NCBI GenBank assembly: GCA_964492135.1
Contig: CAZBJW010000003.1
Span: 9,364 to 73,363 of the forward strand
Direction: 5' to 3'
From: an uncultured Anaerolineales bacterium
Lineage (GTDB): Bacteria > Chloroflexota > Anaerolineae > UBA7937 > B3-Chlor
Length of the DNA: 64,000 nt
Shown: positions 9,023 to 17,079 of the stretch, one piece after another
Numbering within the stretch: the stretch's first letter is position 1
Layout of the letters: the number at the start of each line of letters is the position of its first letter
The notes under the pieces: model-generated
What the model was told of the DNA's origin: nothing
The model's database searches: none
The model's input: the letters and a program-made list of their open reading frames with translations, nothing else
Made by a program: the position numbers and the translations under genes

Positions 9023-9703
9023 TTACTTTGAAGCTTGAGTGCCCAGACGCCAGAAGGCTCCCTCTTCTTGGATAACGCGCTCTAGAATGGCCTCGTGGGT
9101 TTCGTTGATTTCATTGAGTATTGCCTGGCGGGCTGTCGCAACGTCACGGGTGCGCAGTGCCTCAATGATGAGCGCGTGCCTGGGCTCCAGCGTCTCGCCA
9201 GCGCGGCACAGGACCATGAAGCGGGCCAACCGGTCGTGCAAGCGGCCCAACATCTCCGCTAGTTCTTGGTTGCCCGATGCCTGAGCGATTAGGTAGTGGA
9301 AACGCCGGTTCTCGTCCATGTAACGGTCGTAGGATTCATCGTCCTCGCCAGTGTAGCCAGCGTGGACGTGTTCGAGTTGCTGAAGCTGCTCCTCAGTGAT
9401 CCGGACCACGGCTCGCTCGATGGAGGCCACTTCGAGGATCTCGCGCAGTTCGAGCATGTCGCGCAACTGCTTCAGGGTGATGCGGGTGACAAAGTAACCC
9501 GAGCGGGGCTTGATCGATACCAACCCTTCCTGACTGAGCATCTGGAGTGCGTCGCGCACCGGCGTGACGCTGGTACCGTAGCTCTCGGTCAGTGCATCCA
9601 GATCTAGCCTCTCACCTGGCTCGCGATGTCCCACGATGATGGAACGACGAAGCTCCGTGTAAATCAGGTTCTTCGAGGTATCACCTTGTTTCGAACGAAG
9701 CAT
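9023..9703 (-). CDS. GntR-family (FadR/FCD subfamily) transcriptional regulator
   Basis: 226 aa with a winged-helix N-terminus (ERLDLDALTESYGTSVTPVRDALQMLSQEGLVSIKPRSGYFV) and an all-helical FCD-like C-terminal domain. Confidence 0.9.
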   Translation of the reverse strand: MLRSKQGDTSKNLIYTELRRSIIVGHREPGERLDLDALTESYGTSVTPVRDALQMLSQEGLVSIKPRSGYFVTRITLKQLRDMLELREILEVASIERAVVRITEEQLQQLEHVHAGYTGEDDESYDRYMDENRRFHYLIAQASGNQELAEMLGRLHDRLARFMVLCRAGETLEPRHALIIEALRTRDVATARQAILNEINETHEAILERVIQEEGAFWRLGTQASK

Positions 9704-9770
9704 TAACGCAACTCCCTGCTAGGCCCACAAACATTAATAAAACATCAGGTAAGGTCCCTATTAATATCAA

Positions 9771-9799
9771 ATTATATCTTATAATACACCAGATGTCAA
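9771..9799 (-). promoter_or_regulatory. perfect-consensus sigma70 promoter for the GntR gene
   Basis: The minus strand reads TTGACA (9799-9794), a 17-nt spacer, then TATAAT (9776-9771). This lies about 65 nt upstream of the start at 9703, inside an AT-rich intergenic region. Confidence 0.6.
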
Positions 9800-9815
9800 G
9801 ATATGATGTATCTTG
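9797..9815. promoter_or_regulatory. 7-bp perfect inverted repeat overlapping the -35 box (candidate GntR operator)
   Basis: CAAGATA-tgatg-TATCTTG read directly; it overlaps TTGACA at 9794-9799. Confidence 0.35.
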
Positions 9816-9890
9816 TAGCCTGTTGCGTAATAATTGGAGCTCAATTGCCCGAACCATTAACCAAAGAGGAGGATAACACACATGAAAAGA

Positions 9891-9921
9891 GTTAGACGGA
9901 AGATTGCGTCTTCCGTCTAAC
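9891..9921 (+). other. 12-bp perfect stem-loop
   Basis: GTTAGACGGAAG-attgcgt-CTTCCGTCTAAC read directly, followed by a pyrimidine-rich tract. It overlaps a 12-codon mini-ORF. Confidence 0.4.
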
Positions 9922-9934
9922 TCCTGTTCTACAT

Positions 9935-10019
9935 GGACCTGTGGTGAAACCCGGTCGACACACCTGACTCCAAATCAGGCGTCCTGGCGGACATGCGGAT
10001 TCGAATCCCGCCAGGCCCA
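9935..10019 (+). tRNA. type-II (long variable arm) tRNA-like gene with anticodon loop CTCCAAA (CCA); probably a degenerate tRNA-Leu-like pseudogene
   Basis: Hand-folded 85-nt cloverleaf. Acceptor GGACCTG/CAGGCCC has one A-C mismatch. The D arm (GTG..GG..CAC) resembles tRNA-Leu. Anticodon stem is CCTGA/TCAGG. The variable arm is GTCC-tggc-GGAC. The T arm GCGGA-TTCGAAT-CCCGC has an A-C mismatch at 53:61. Discriminator is A and no CCA is encoded. Confidence 0.5.
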
Positions 10020-10150
10020 CTGAGTGAGCGGACAACTCCCCCTGTTCCTTGATGGGGTCAAGGCAAGCGTCCTACCAACGGGAGTGCACTCATTGGCAAT
10101 TGTTAGTATTGCACAGGAACGGCCTTTAGTCAAGGGGCCTGAGAAAGTTC

Positions 10151-11169
10151 TACGGACCTCGGTACCAGGTGAGGAAGAACCTCATCTTCTGGTATCGTAG
10201 AGATGGCATATTCTCTACAGCGAGGTCCGTATGCTCACATATTACCACCTCTGGCGAATGAATCCAAGAGAAGCCCGACGGATCCTAATCAAAGACTATC
10301 AGGAGACCAAAAGCTACTCTCAGACGGCCAGGAACTTCAGCACCCATCGTCGCATCGCCCGCAAGTAGGTCTTAAGATACCAAGAGCAAGGGGAGAGGGG
10401 TTGGAGAGCCTACCCCCTATCCCCAAGAGCCAACCTACCCGCTTAGACCCCCAACTGGAGAGGCTCATCTTACATCTCAGGGATTCCTCGGGCTTTGGAC
10501 CCAAACGCCTCCACTACTGGCTGAAGAGGAACCTCAAGATAGAGATCGCTACCTCTACCATTGCCAAGTACCTTCACAAGCATGGCCAAACCAAAAAGCA
10601 CCTAAGAAGGAGAGCCGCTAAGAGCTTCGATTGGAAAAGCCTCCCTCTATTCTCTGCCCTACAGGTGGATACTAAAGAGATCATAGATACCAATACCTTC
10701 ACCCAGGAGGAGAAAGGGCTTTACAAGCGCCTGGGGCTCCCTCTCTACCAATTTACAGCCATCTTCCCTAGGATTAGAGCTAGATTTATCTCCTACTCTT
10801 TCCAGAATACCAAGAGGGCCTCTTTGAACTTCCTAGAGTATCTCTTTTCTCATCTGGAGAGCCATGGTGCTCCCTTTGAGGAGACCATCTCCTTCCAGAA
10901 CCTCAAAGACTTCATGCTCAAAGCCTCTGAGTGGATCTACTACTACAACTACGACCGCTCTCACGATGGTTTAGGAGGGCCTGTCCTGGCTGGGTTAGGC
11001 CAGGGAAGAGCCCTGCTGAGGCTCTGAGGGAGATAGACCCAAAGTTGCCATCCTTACAGGATCCCGAGGGAAAAGAGATCCTCTTCTTGTCTCCCATCAT
11101 CTTATACGTAAAGTATCCCTGTGGGAGACGATAGAATCACTCTCCTAGGGGGTGGTACCGAGATCTATA
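10151..11169 (+). mobile_element. decayed IS element (DDE/rve transposase, IS481/IS3-like) with imperfect terminal inverted repeats
   Basis: The left end TACGGACCTCGGTACCA (10151-10167) matches the reverse complement of the right end TGGTACCGAGATCTATA (11153-11169) at about 14 of 17 positions. The repeats enclose the transposase remnant. Confidence 0.5.
10231..11134 (+). pseudogene. transposase pseudogene (HTH plus rve integrase core)
   Basis: The HTH part MLTYYHLWRMNPREARRILIKDYQETKSYSQTARNFSTHRRIARK ends at an in-frame TAG. The sequence continues in another frame (LESLPPIPKS...LHLRDSSGFGPKRLHYWL...QVDTKEI...) and ends ...YNYDRSHDGLGG, with a further shift to SPAEALRE. The catalytic core looks internally deleted. 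Confidence 0.65.
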
Positions 11170-11289
11170 GATATTACACCTCGTGTACGTTAACAAGGTA
11201 CACAGAACAGAGCTCTGTCTAAGGGAGATTTTGAACAGAGTGGCGCAGAGAGATATGTAGCCTGCACGGTTCGGTCAAACCTCGCGTTC

Positions 11290-11601
11290 GTGTCTCGCCG
11301 GTCAGTGGAGGAACGAGCCGCAAGCCGGAATTCTTGGGCTCAAACTAGTCGCATCCGAGGTACCGGTGATCCTCAACATACTTCACTCCATGTGCACACC
11401 AAGCGGCGGGGACACTCCACCATAGGCCACCCTGATTCTGACAGGGGTCGCAACGTTCTTTCGCAATCGGCCTCGCGTCTCCGCAAGAAGATAGGGGTAG
11501 ACCCAGCGCTTCCCAGGGTCATCATAACTCACCACCGCCAGGGATATTCTTTCGCTGGCAAGGAAGAGGCGCGGTGGTTTCCGGAATTGCAAGCATCATG
11601 A
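11290..11601 (+). pseudogene. remnant of an OmpR/CadC-type winged-helix DNA-binding domain
   Basis: The C-terminal motif RLRKKIGVDPALPRVIITHHRQGYSF is typical of Trans_reg_C. There is no receiver domain and no credible N-terminus. It lies directly downstream of the IS remnant. Confidence 0.5.
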
Positions 11602-11776
11602 TGAGCCAGCGTCAAGCCCCTTTCTCGGTAAGGACACCTCTCTTCAACTACAGAGCATATCCCATAAGGGGCTTCATCTAACGTTGAAGCCTAGCCCCTT
11701 GCACCCGCCATTCAGCCGTGTTAGAGTAGAGGGCACAAGCAGTATCTACTATTGCACTGGGGCAAATGTCATCATC

Positions 11777-11880
11777 TGGTGACAGAGTGGAAGAAGGAGT
11801 GTGAGGGTGTGGCCAAGGTGAGAGAAGACACGGAAGAGATCGCACTTCGGAGTAGTAGCGCCGTTTTAGTGAGCTGCGCC
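11777..11880 (+). repeat. degenerate copy of the 5' part of the winged-helix gene; direct repeat of 13103-13200
   Basis: TGGTGACAGAGTGGAAGAAGGAGTGTGAGGGTGTGGCCAAGGTG... aligns by eye with TGGTGACAGTCTGAAGGCCGCAGTGTGAGGTTGTGGCCACGGTA... at 13103. Confidence 0.45.
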
Positions 11881-11903
11881 GACGCAGAATATCGGCGTGA
11901 TAT

Positions 11904-13076
11904 ATGCAATACTGCCTACACCAGCAGGTTAGCCACCATTCGTCTGCAGCGAGAGGGTCCTCACCGTCTACTAGAGAAGACCAAAGAGTGAACGGGAAAC
12001 GGTTTATCGTCTTCGTTCTGCTGGTCAGCCTAGTGATAACGTTAGCCCCCGGCGTTGCTCACACCAGTGTGACTCTACCTTTTCCTGACAATGACGTCGG
12101 GACGGCTCCCTACGATGACCGCCAGAGGGACGGAGGGCAGCCCTTCGTCTACAACGGCGGGTCAGAGCAGGACTTTCGCACGCTCAACCAGGAAAGTAGC
12201 GGCAACCAGTTCACCTTTGTGATCACCGCTGATATGAGGGGATACTCTGGGCCGAGCCAGTACGATACTCCGCAGTATTTGAGAGGGGCCTGTGAGGCTA
12301 TCGCTGCTCTGGGCAGCGGTGCTTTCATGGTCAGCCCCGGCGACATCGATCCTCCAGCCGATGTGAAATGGACGATTGAGCAATACATAGGCGCGGACTA
12401 CCTTTGGTACCCTGTGGTGGGAAATCACGAAGCAGAGACGCTGACGGATATGAACTGGCTGCGGAGTTACAACTACGGTATCGTAAACCCTGGCCCATCG
12501 GGTTGCCCGGAGACCACCTACTCGTTTGACTACGAGAACGCGCACTTGGTGGTGCTGAACGAGTATTGCGACACCACTGGTGACACGGTCACGGACGGTG
12601 ATGTGCCTGATTACCTGTATGAATGGCTGGTCGACGACCTAAGTGCTACAGACAAGACGCACATCTTTGTTTTTGGCCACGAGCCTGCGCATCCTCAGCC
12701 CGATGCCGATAATGGAAGGGTGCGTCACCTGGGTGACAGCCTGGATGGGCACCCGGCTAATCGTGATCGCTTCTGGAACCTGCTGGGGGACAAAGGCGTT
12801 GTCGCTTACATTTGTGGTCACACGCACAACTACAGTGCCATCGAAATAGATGGCGTCTGGCAGTTGGATGCTGGACACGCTCGGGGTCTGGGCGACACCG
12901 GTGCACGGAGCACCTTCATCCGGATTGATGTGGACGGTGACCTTGTCACATTCAGGACATATCGTGATGATGCCAGTGGTGGTCCCTATACCCTTGCGCA
13001 CAGTGGGATCCTTGCTGGAACGCGTATCTATCTGCCTGTGGTGATGCGTGCCTATTCGGTGTCCAACGGGCCATAG
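11904..13076 (+). CDS. secreted or membrane-anchored metallophosphoesterase (calcineurin-like)
   Basis: Motifs SPGDID, VGNHE, FGHEP and CGHTHNY are present, with an N-terminal hydrophobic segment (RFIVFVLLVSLVITLAPGVAHT). The likely true start is GTG at 11988. Confidence 0.85.
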   Translation: MQYCLHQQVSHHSSAARGSSPSTREDQRVNGKRFIVFVLLVSLVITLAPGVAHTSVTLPFPDNDVGTAPYDDRQRDGGQPFVYNGGSEQDFRTLNQESSGNQFTFVITADMRGYSGPSQYDTPQYLRGACEAIAALGSGAFMVSPGDIDPPADVKWTIEQYIGADYLWYPVVGNHEAETLTDMNWLRSYNYGIVNPGPSGCPETTYSFDYENAHLVVLNEYCDTTGDTVTDGDVPDYLYEWLVDDLSATDKTHIFVFGHEPAHPQPDADNGRVRHLGDSLDGHPANRDRFWNLLGDKGVVAYICGHTHNYSAIEIDGVWQLDAGHARGLGDTGARSTFIRIDVDGDLVTFRTYRDDASGGPYTLAHSGILAGTRIYLPVVMRAYSVSNGP

Positions 13077-13116
13077 GAGGTACCACCAGTAGTTTCACTC
13101 TTTGGTGACAGTCTGA

Positions 13117-13296
13117 AGGCCGCAGTGTGAGGTTGTGGCCACGGTAAACGCACGGGATGAGCCAATACACCTTACACCAATGGAGTGTCGCTTGATGAAC
13201 TGCCTAGTTCGCAGTCCAGGACAAGTTGTCACTCACAAGGAACTGCTAGAGGCGATAGGCCACCCTATCTCTAGCCAGGGTCGATTGGGTGTATGA
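13117..13296 (+). pseudogene. 5' fragment of an OmpR/CadC-type winged-helix domain, truncated at the recombinase junction
   Basis: Hand translation gives RPQCEVVATVNARDEPIHLTPMECRLMNCLVRSPGQVVTHKELLEAIGHPISSQGRLGV*. The LTP.E..L...L...PG.V pattern is typical of Trans_reg_C, and the C-terminal wing is missing. Confidence 0.5.
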
Positions 13297-14809
13297 GCCG
13301 CAGAATGAGTGGGAACCACACCACTCAGAACCATCTGTTTCCCGTCCACGACAACCTGAATACCCAACGCATCGACGGCAAGCCTCTTCTCCTCGAAGCC
13401 AAAAGAGTCGATATTCTTCGCTGCCCGTCGGCAGTATTCCTCGATACTTCTCCTCCTCACCCCAATCTCGCGCTGCGCCTCCAAGCGGCTCTCTATCTCT
13501 CTCAGACGCTCTTGCAAACTGATTCGCTCGGCATGCACCCGGTCTACCTCATCGTCTAGTTTCCTCTGGCATATCTCCCCGACGCATACAGCCGATAGAG
13601 ATGCCGTTCTTCCATATCGAGACTGGCCAACCGCTCGCTCACTGCCGTATGTTCCCCCTGTGGGGCGCTCTCCGATGCTGCTTGCTGTGTGCTGTCTATG
13701 TGGGCAAGTATCAACTCTGGGTTGAGTAAGACCTTCTTGATTTCCTCCCAAACCAGTTCTTCCAGCTCATCGGCTCTCATAAGCCGAGCGTCGCACCCAG
13801 AATCCTCGCTCGCGGAGCAACGGTAGTACCGGCTTCCCCTGCACGATTAGCCATGCAAGCGCGCACCACAACCGCGGGTGCCCCTTCCTGAAAGCAAGTA
13901 TTCATACTTGCGACCCCTGTGCATGGGTACTCTACTCTTCAGCCGCGCCTGAGCTGCCTCGAACAACTCGTGCGGAACCAAAGGCGGTGTGGCTTCGGGC
14001 TGTGAGATCCACTCCTCTCGCGGCCTAAGCTCTCTTCTAGTGTTGCGATACCTCAGTTGTGAGAGGCGTTTCCGCCGTGACGATGGTTCCGCGCGCTTGT
14101 GTCTGAAGGCCAATGTTTCTCGGATGTACGCTTGGTTGCGGACAATCCCAGACAGCGTGCTGGTGTGCCAAACCCTACGCCGCTGGGAGAGGGGATAGCA
14201 AGAGACATGAGATACTTGGCCACCTCGTTTAGAGAATGACCACTGGCTACCAACCGAAAGATGAGGAAGGGTATCGGCCACGTATGAGGATCTTTCTTGC
14301 GCGTTCCCCTGCTTTGTCGTAGATCATCCCATACATGTAGTAGCCGCCGATTAGTTTCCCCTGCCGAGCCCTTTCCCTCATGCCCCTAACGGTGCGCTCG
14401 CGAATCTTTTCCCTCTCCCACTCCGCAAAAATGGCTTCCATTCCTCGCTGGAGCTTCAGCCTGATACCTTCGAGTTGGGGTTCCGTGATCGATATGATCT
14501 CGACTCCCCACCACTGGGCAAACATCCAACGGAGTACGGTCTGGTGGTCTGTGTCGCGGCTCAGCCGGTCCCAGTCGTAGGCCAAGAGAACATCTATCCC
14601 GCCATCGCACGCTAATTCCCTAGCCCTGTCTGAGATTGGACGTTCCAACACAGCCCCAGTCCATTCTTCCCTTAGAACGTACTCGGTCGGCACCTCGTAG
14701 CCATTCTTGTCGGCCCAGTCCAGCATGGCGCGCACCTGACTACTTATGCTATCCCTTCAGTGCTTTGTTCCTCAGTAGATACCCTGGCATAGATGGTAGC
14801 CCGCCTCAT
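13233..14809 (-). pseudogene. large serine recombinase gene broken into at least four frames
   Basis: The N-terminus MRRATIYARVSTEEQSTEG (catalytic YARVST, hand translated from 14809) is followed by a 1-nt frameshift and a stop. Remaining pieces are the resolvase domain (14247-14735), the recombinase/zinc-ribbon region (13847-14281, ...YLLSGRGTRGCGARL) and the coiled-coil tail (13556-13780 and 13233-13751). Confidence 0.8.
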
Positions 14810-15039
14810 GATTCGCCCCCTTGCTCGTCTACAACCGCCTCGGCCCCCATTGTAAGGGGCGCGTCTCCAGCAGTCAAATCAGGCGCGGGAAGTAGGAGGT
14901 CAAAGACCTCACGCAACAGTCGCGTGTTTCCAGACTTCCGTTCCCATCTGACCTCAACTAGGACCAGGTCATCTGAGCGGTGCCTATCCATACGCTCACT
15001 TTCGTTTCCTGATCGTCTAGCCACCTCAGAACCCCTCAA
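14806..15039 (-). CDS. hypothetical protein, stop overlapping the recombinase start
   Basis: 77-aa ORF whose TGA overlaps the recombinase ATG (ATGA at 14809-14806). No family was recognised. Confidence 0.3.
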   Translation of the reverse strand: MRGSEVARRSGNESERMDRHRSDDLVLVEVRWERKSGNTRLLREVFDLLLPAPDLTAGDAPLTMGAEAVVDEQGGES

Positions 15040-15377
15040 CGCTTCTCACTCGCACTGAGTCAGCCGTCTATTCCTCAGCCTATAGTTCCACTTCTTGTCA
15101 GCCTTCTTAGGGAGAATCAGGTCCCAGCCCCAATCTGTTCCGTTCCTCAAATACGCCATCGCATCCGCGAGGCAACTAGACGCGTTCATGGTCTTAGCAG
15201 CTCTCTTATCCAAGCTATTAAACACAAGAGCACCATGCGGGCAATTGCACACCCTCTCCTACTCACCACGAGCATCACGCTTTTTCCTTTGCAGAGGCCT
15301 CCGGGTGCGAGGCTATCCTACTGCCCACGGTTCTACAGCTCATCGCGCATCTGCATCGAGCAGAGACTCTTCTTGAC

Positions 15378-15674
15378 CTACTTGCGCGTCGAGAGACGCT
15401 TGTGGAGCGGAGCGATGCGTTGACAGGAGAGTGTTGACCGCCTGAAATTTACGTCGTAAAACTGGGACTTCCGCCCGTACGGCAACCTCTGGATGGGCAC
15501 CCAGCTGAGAAGATACTGCCCCGGGTCCATACCGATATACCCAATTCGGAATTCCTCGTCATGACCATGCTCCCGTCCGGGTTCGTCCCCAGCCTCAGCC
15601 GGACCCATTGGAATCACGTTCAAAACCAACACTACGCCAATGGCCAGAAGAATGATCGCCAGAATGGTAACCAC
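15378..15674 (-). CDS. hypothetical membrane-anchored protein
   Basis: 98-aa ORF with one N-terminal TM helix (VTILAIILLAIGVVLVLNVIP). No family was recognised. Confidence 0.3.
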   Translation of the reverse strand: MVTILAIILLAIGVVLVLNVIPMGPAEAGDEPGREHGHDEEFRIGYIGMDPGQYLLSWVPIQRLPYGRKSQFYDVNFRRSTLSCQRIAPLHKRLSTRK

Positions 15675-15737
15675 TTTTTTCGTGGTACCCTTTCCCTTAT
15701 CCTGGTTTTGTTGAGATTTCGATTTACTTAACTAATA

Positions 15738-16010
15738 TCACGCTTTTCCCACAGTTGCAATAGGTGAACGTACGGTGATCAAGGCAGGCAGATTGCCCGA
15801 ATGGTCGATATGAGCATGAGAGAGGATGACGGCATTGATACAGCATGCATCTAGGGGCAAGTTCTTATTCCTTTGGAACGCCTCAGCCCGGTGGCCTTGA
15901 TACAGCCCACACTCAAAGAGGATACGTCGTTTGTTTACCTCGAGAAGGTGCATGGAACCGGTAACGGTACGCACCCCTCCCAAAAAAGTGAGTTCCGTGG
16001 GAGAACCCAT
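15738..16010 (-). pseudogene. N-terminal fragment of an MBL-fold (beta-CASP-like) hydrolase
   Basis: [17 protein letters not shown]...[17 protein letters not shown] is the metallo-beta-lactamase HxHxDH region. The frame ends after 90 aa, whereas the family is several hundred aa long. Confidence 0.65.
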
Positions 16011-16014
16011 TTCC

Positions 16015-16170
16015 TCAGAGAGCTGCCGGTTTCAGATATCTCTCTGGGTTTTCCTTGAACTTCTTGTGACAGGCGTTGGGGCAGAAGTAGTAGGTCACGC
16101 CCTGGTAGTTGTAGACGCCGGCCATCTTTTTCTTGTCCAACTCCATGCCACATACCGGATCTTTCACCAT
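16015..16170 (-). CDS. YHS/TRASH-domain mini-protein
   Basis: Hand translation (51 aa, below the track cutoff) gives [51 protein letters not shown], with GGAGAGATGGAG upstream of the ATG. Confidence 0.8.
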   Translation of the reverse strand: MVKDPVCGMELDKKKMAGVYNYQGVTYYFCPNACHKKFKENPERYLKPAAL

Positions 16171-16218
16171 CTCCATCTCTCCTTCCTCTCTCGGAGATTC
16201 CTCCTCGCTGCTGGAGAA

Positions 16219-17079
16219 TCAGCGGGGGCCAAGGTTCTTGAAAATCGCTTTGACCGATGCGGAACGGTTCAGGCAGTAGAAGTGAATGCCCGGCACGCCC
16301 TGTTCCAAAAGGTCGAGAGATTGCTGAGTAGCGTAGTCGATGCCCAGTTTTCGCACCGCGTCGTCATCGCCCAGGCGCTCCAGGTCGCGCACCAGGTTAG
16401 GCGGGATGGTAGCCCCCGAGAGGGCGGCAAAGCGTTTCACCTGGGTCAGGTTGAGGATGGGTAGGATGCCGGGGATGATGGGGACGTTGATGCCTATCCT
16501 TTGGGCGCGCTCCACAAAGTCGTAGAAGTAGCGGTTATCGAAGAAGATTTGGGTGATGACGAACTCACCACCGGCGTCCACTTTCTGCTTGAGGTGTCGC
16601 AGATCCTGCTCTTTGTCCGGGCACTCGATGTGCCCTTCCGGGTAACCGGCCACCCCGATGCCGAAATCGTAGCGCTCTTTGATGAGGTGAACCAGCTGGT
16701 AGGCATAGTGGAAGGTGTTCCCGATTGGGGCTGATGGTGCTTCCTGTGGCCGGTCTCCGCGCAGGGCTAGGATGTTCTCCAGGCCCAGGTCACGGGCCAT
16801 GTCTAGGTCCTGGATAATCTGCTCTTCGGTGGCGCCGATGCAGGTGAAATGGAACATAGACTCCAGGCCTAACTTCTTCTTCACATGAGCCGCGATCTGG
16901 AAAGCCCTGTCTCGGTTGGTCCGGTCAGGGCGAAAGGTGACGGAGATAAAACTGGGGCCCAGGGCTTTGAGTTCGGTGAAGGTATGGTAGAGTTTGAGGA
17001 TCCTGCGGTCAGTCTGGGGCGGGAAGACCTCAAAGGAATAGGTGAGGGGCGATCGGTCATAGAACTCTCGGATCTTCAT
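16219..17079 (-). CDS. metF: 5,10-methylenetetrahydrofolate reductase
   Basis: MKIREFYDRSPLTYSFEVFPPQT...SFISVTF...ILALRGD...GYPEGH... is typical of MetF. The chosen start at 17079 overlaps the upstream gene's stop (ATGA). Confidence 0.9.
   Translation of the reverse strand: MKIREFYDRSPLTYSFEVFPPQTDRRILKLYHTFTELKALGPSFISVTFRPDRTNRDRAFQIAAHVKKKLGLESMFHFTCIGATEEQIIQDLDMARDLGLENILALRGDRPQEAPSAPIGNTFHYAYQLVHLIKERYDFGIGVAGYPEGHIECPDKEQDLRHLKQKVDAGGEFVITQIFFDNRYFYDFVERAQRIGINVPIIPGILPILNLTQVKRFAALSGATIPPNLVRDLERLGDDDAVRKLGIDYATQQSLDLLEQGVPGIHFYCLNRSASVKAIFKNLGPR

Noticed and set aside
9935-10019. The long-variable-arm tRNA-like gene as tRNA-Sec, which would have supported the selenoprotein idea
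   Set aside because: The anticodon reads CCA, not UCA. The acceptor stem is 7 bp, the D arm is Leu-like with a 3-bp stem rather than the 6-bp Sec type, and the discriminator is A. It does not fit tRNA-Sec.
10203-11027. The 274-aa track ORF as an intact transposase
   Set aside because: Its N-terminal 60 residues are an out-of-frame read of the HTH region. The true HTH frame ends at a TAG, the catalytic core looks internally deleted and the C-terminus continues in a third frame. It is called a pseudogene instead.
11422-11433. The shared 12-nt string ATAGGCCACCCT (also 13255-13266) as the crossover core of attL/attR for the serine recombinase
   Set aside because: The two sites are in the wrong order for a simple insertion: the wing-encoding half lies upstream of the N-terminal half. 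Both sit inside paralogous gene fragments, so shared ancestry explains the identity without invoking recombination.
11752-11991. The 79-aa ORF upstream of, and overlapping, the metallophosphoesterase start as a real gene
   Set aside because: Its sequence is a degenerate copy of the winged-helix 5' fragment seen at 13117-13296, and it runs into the phosphoesterase signal-peptide region. It is treated as a repeat remnant.
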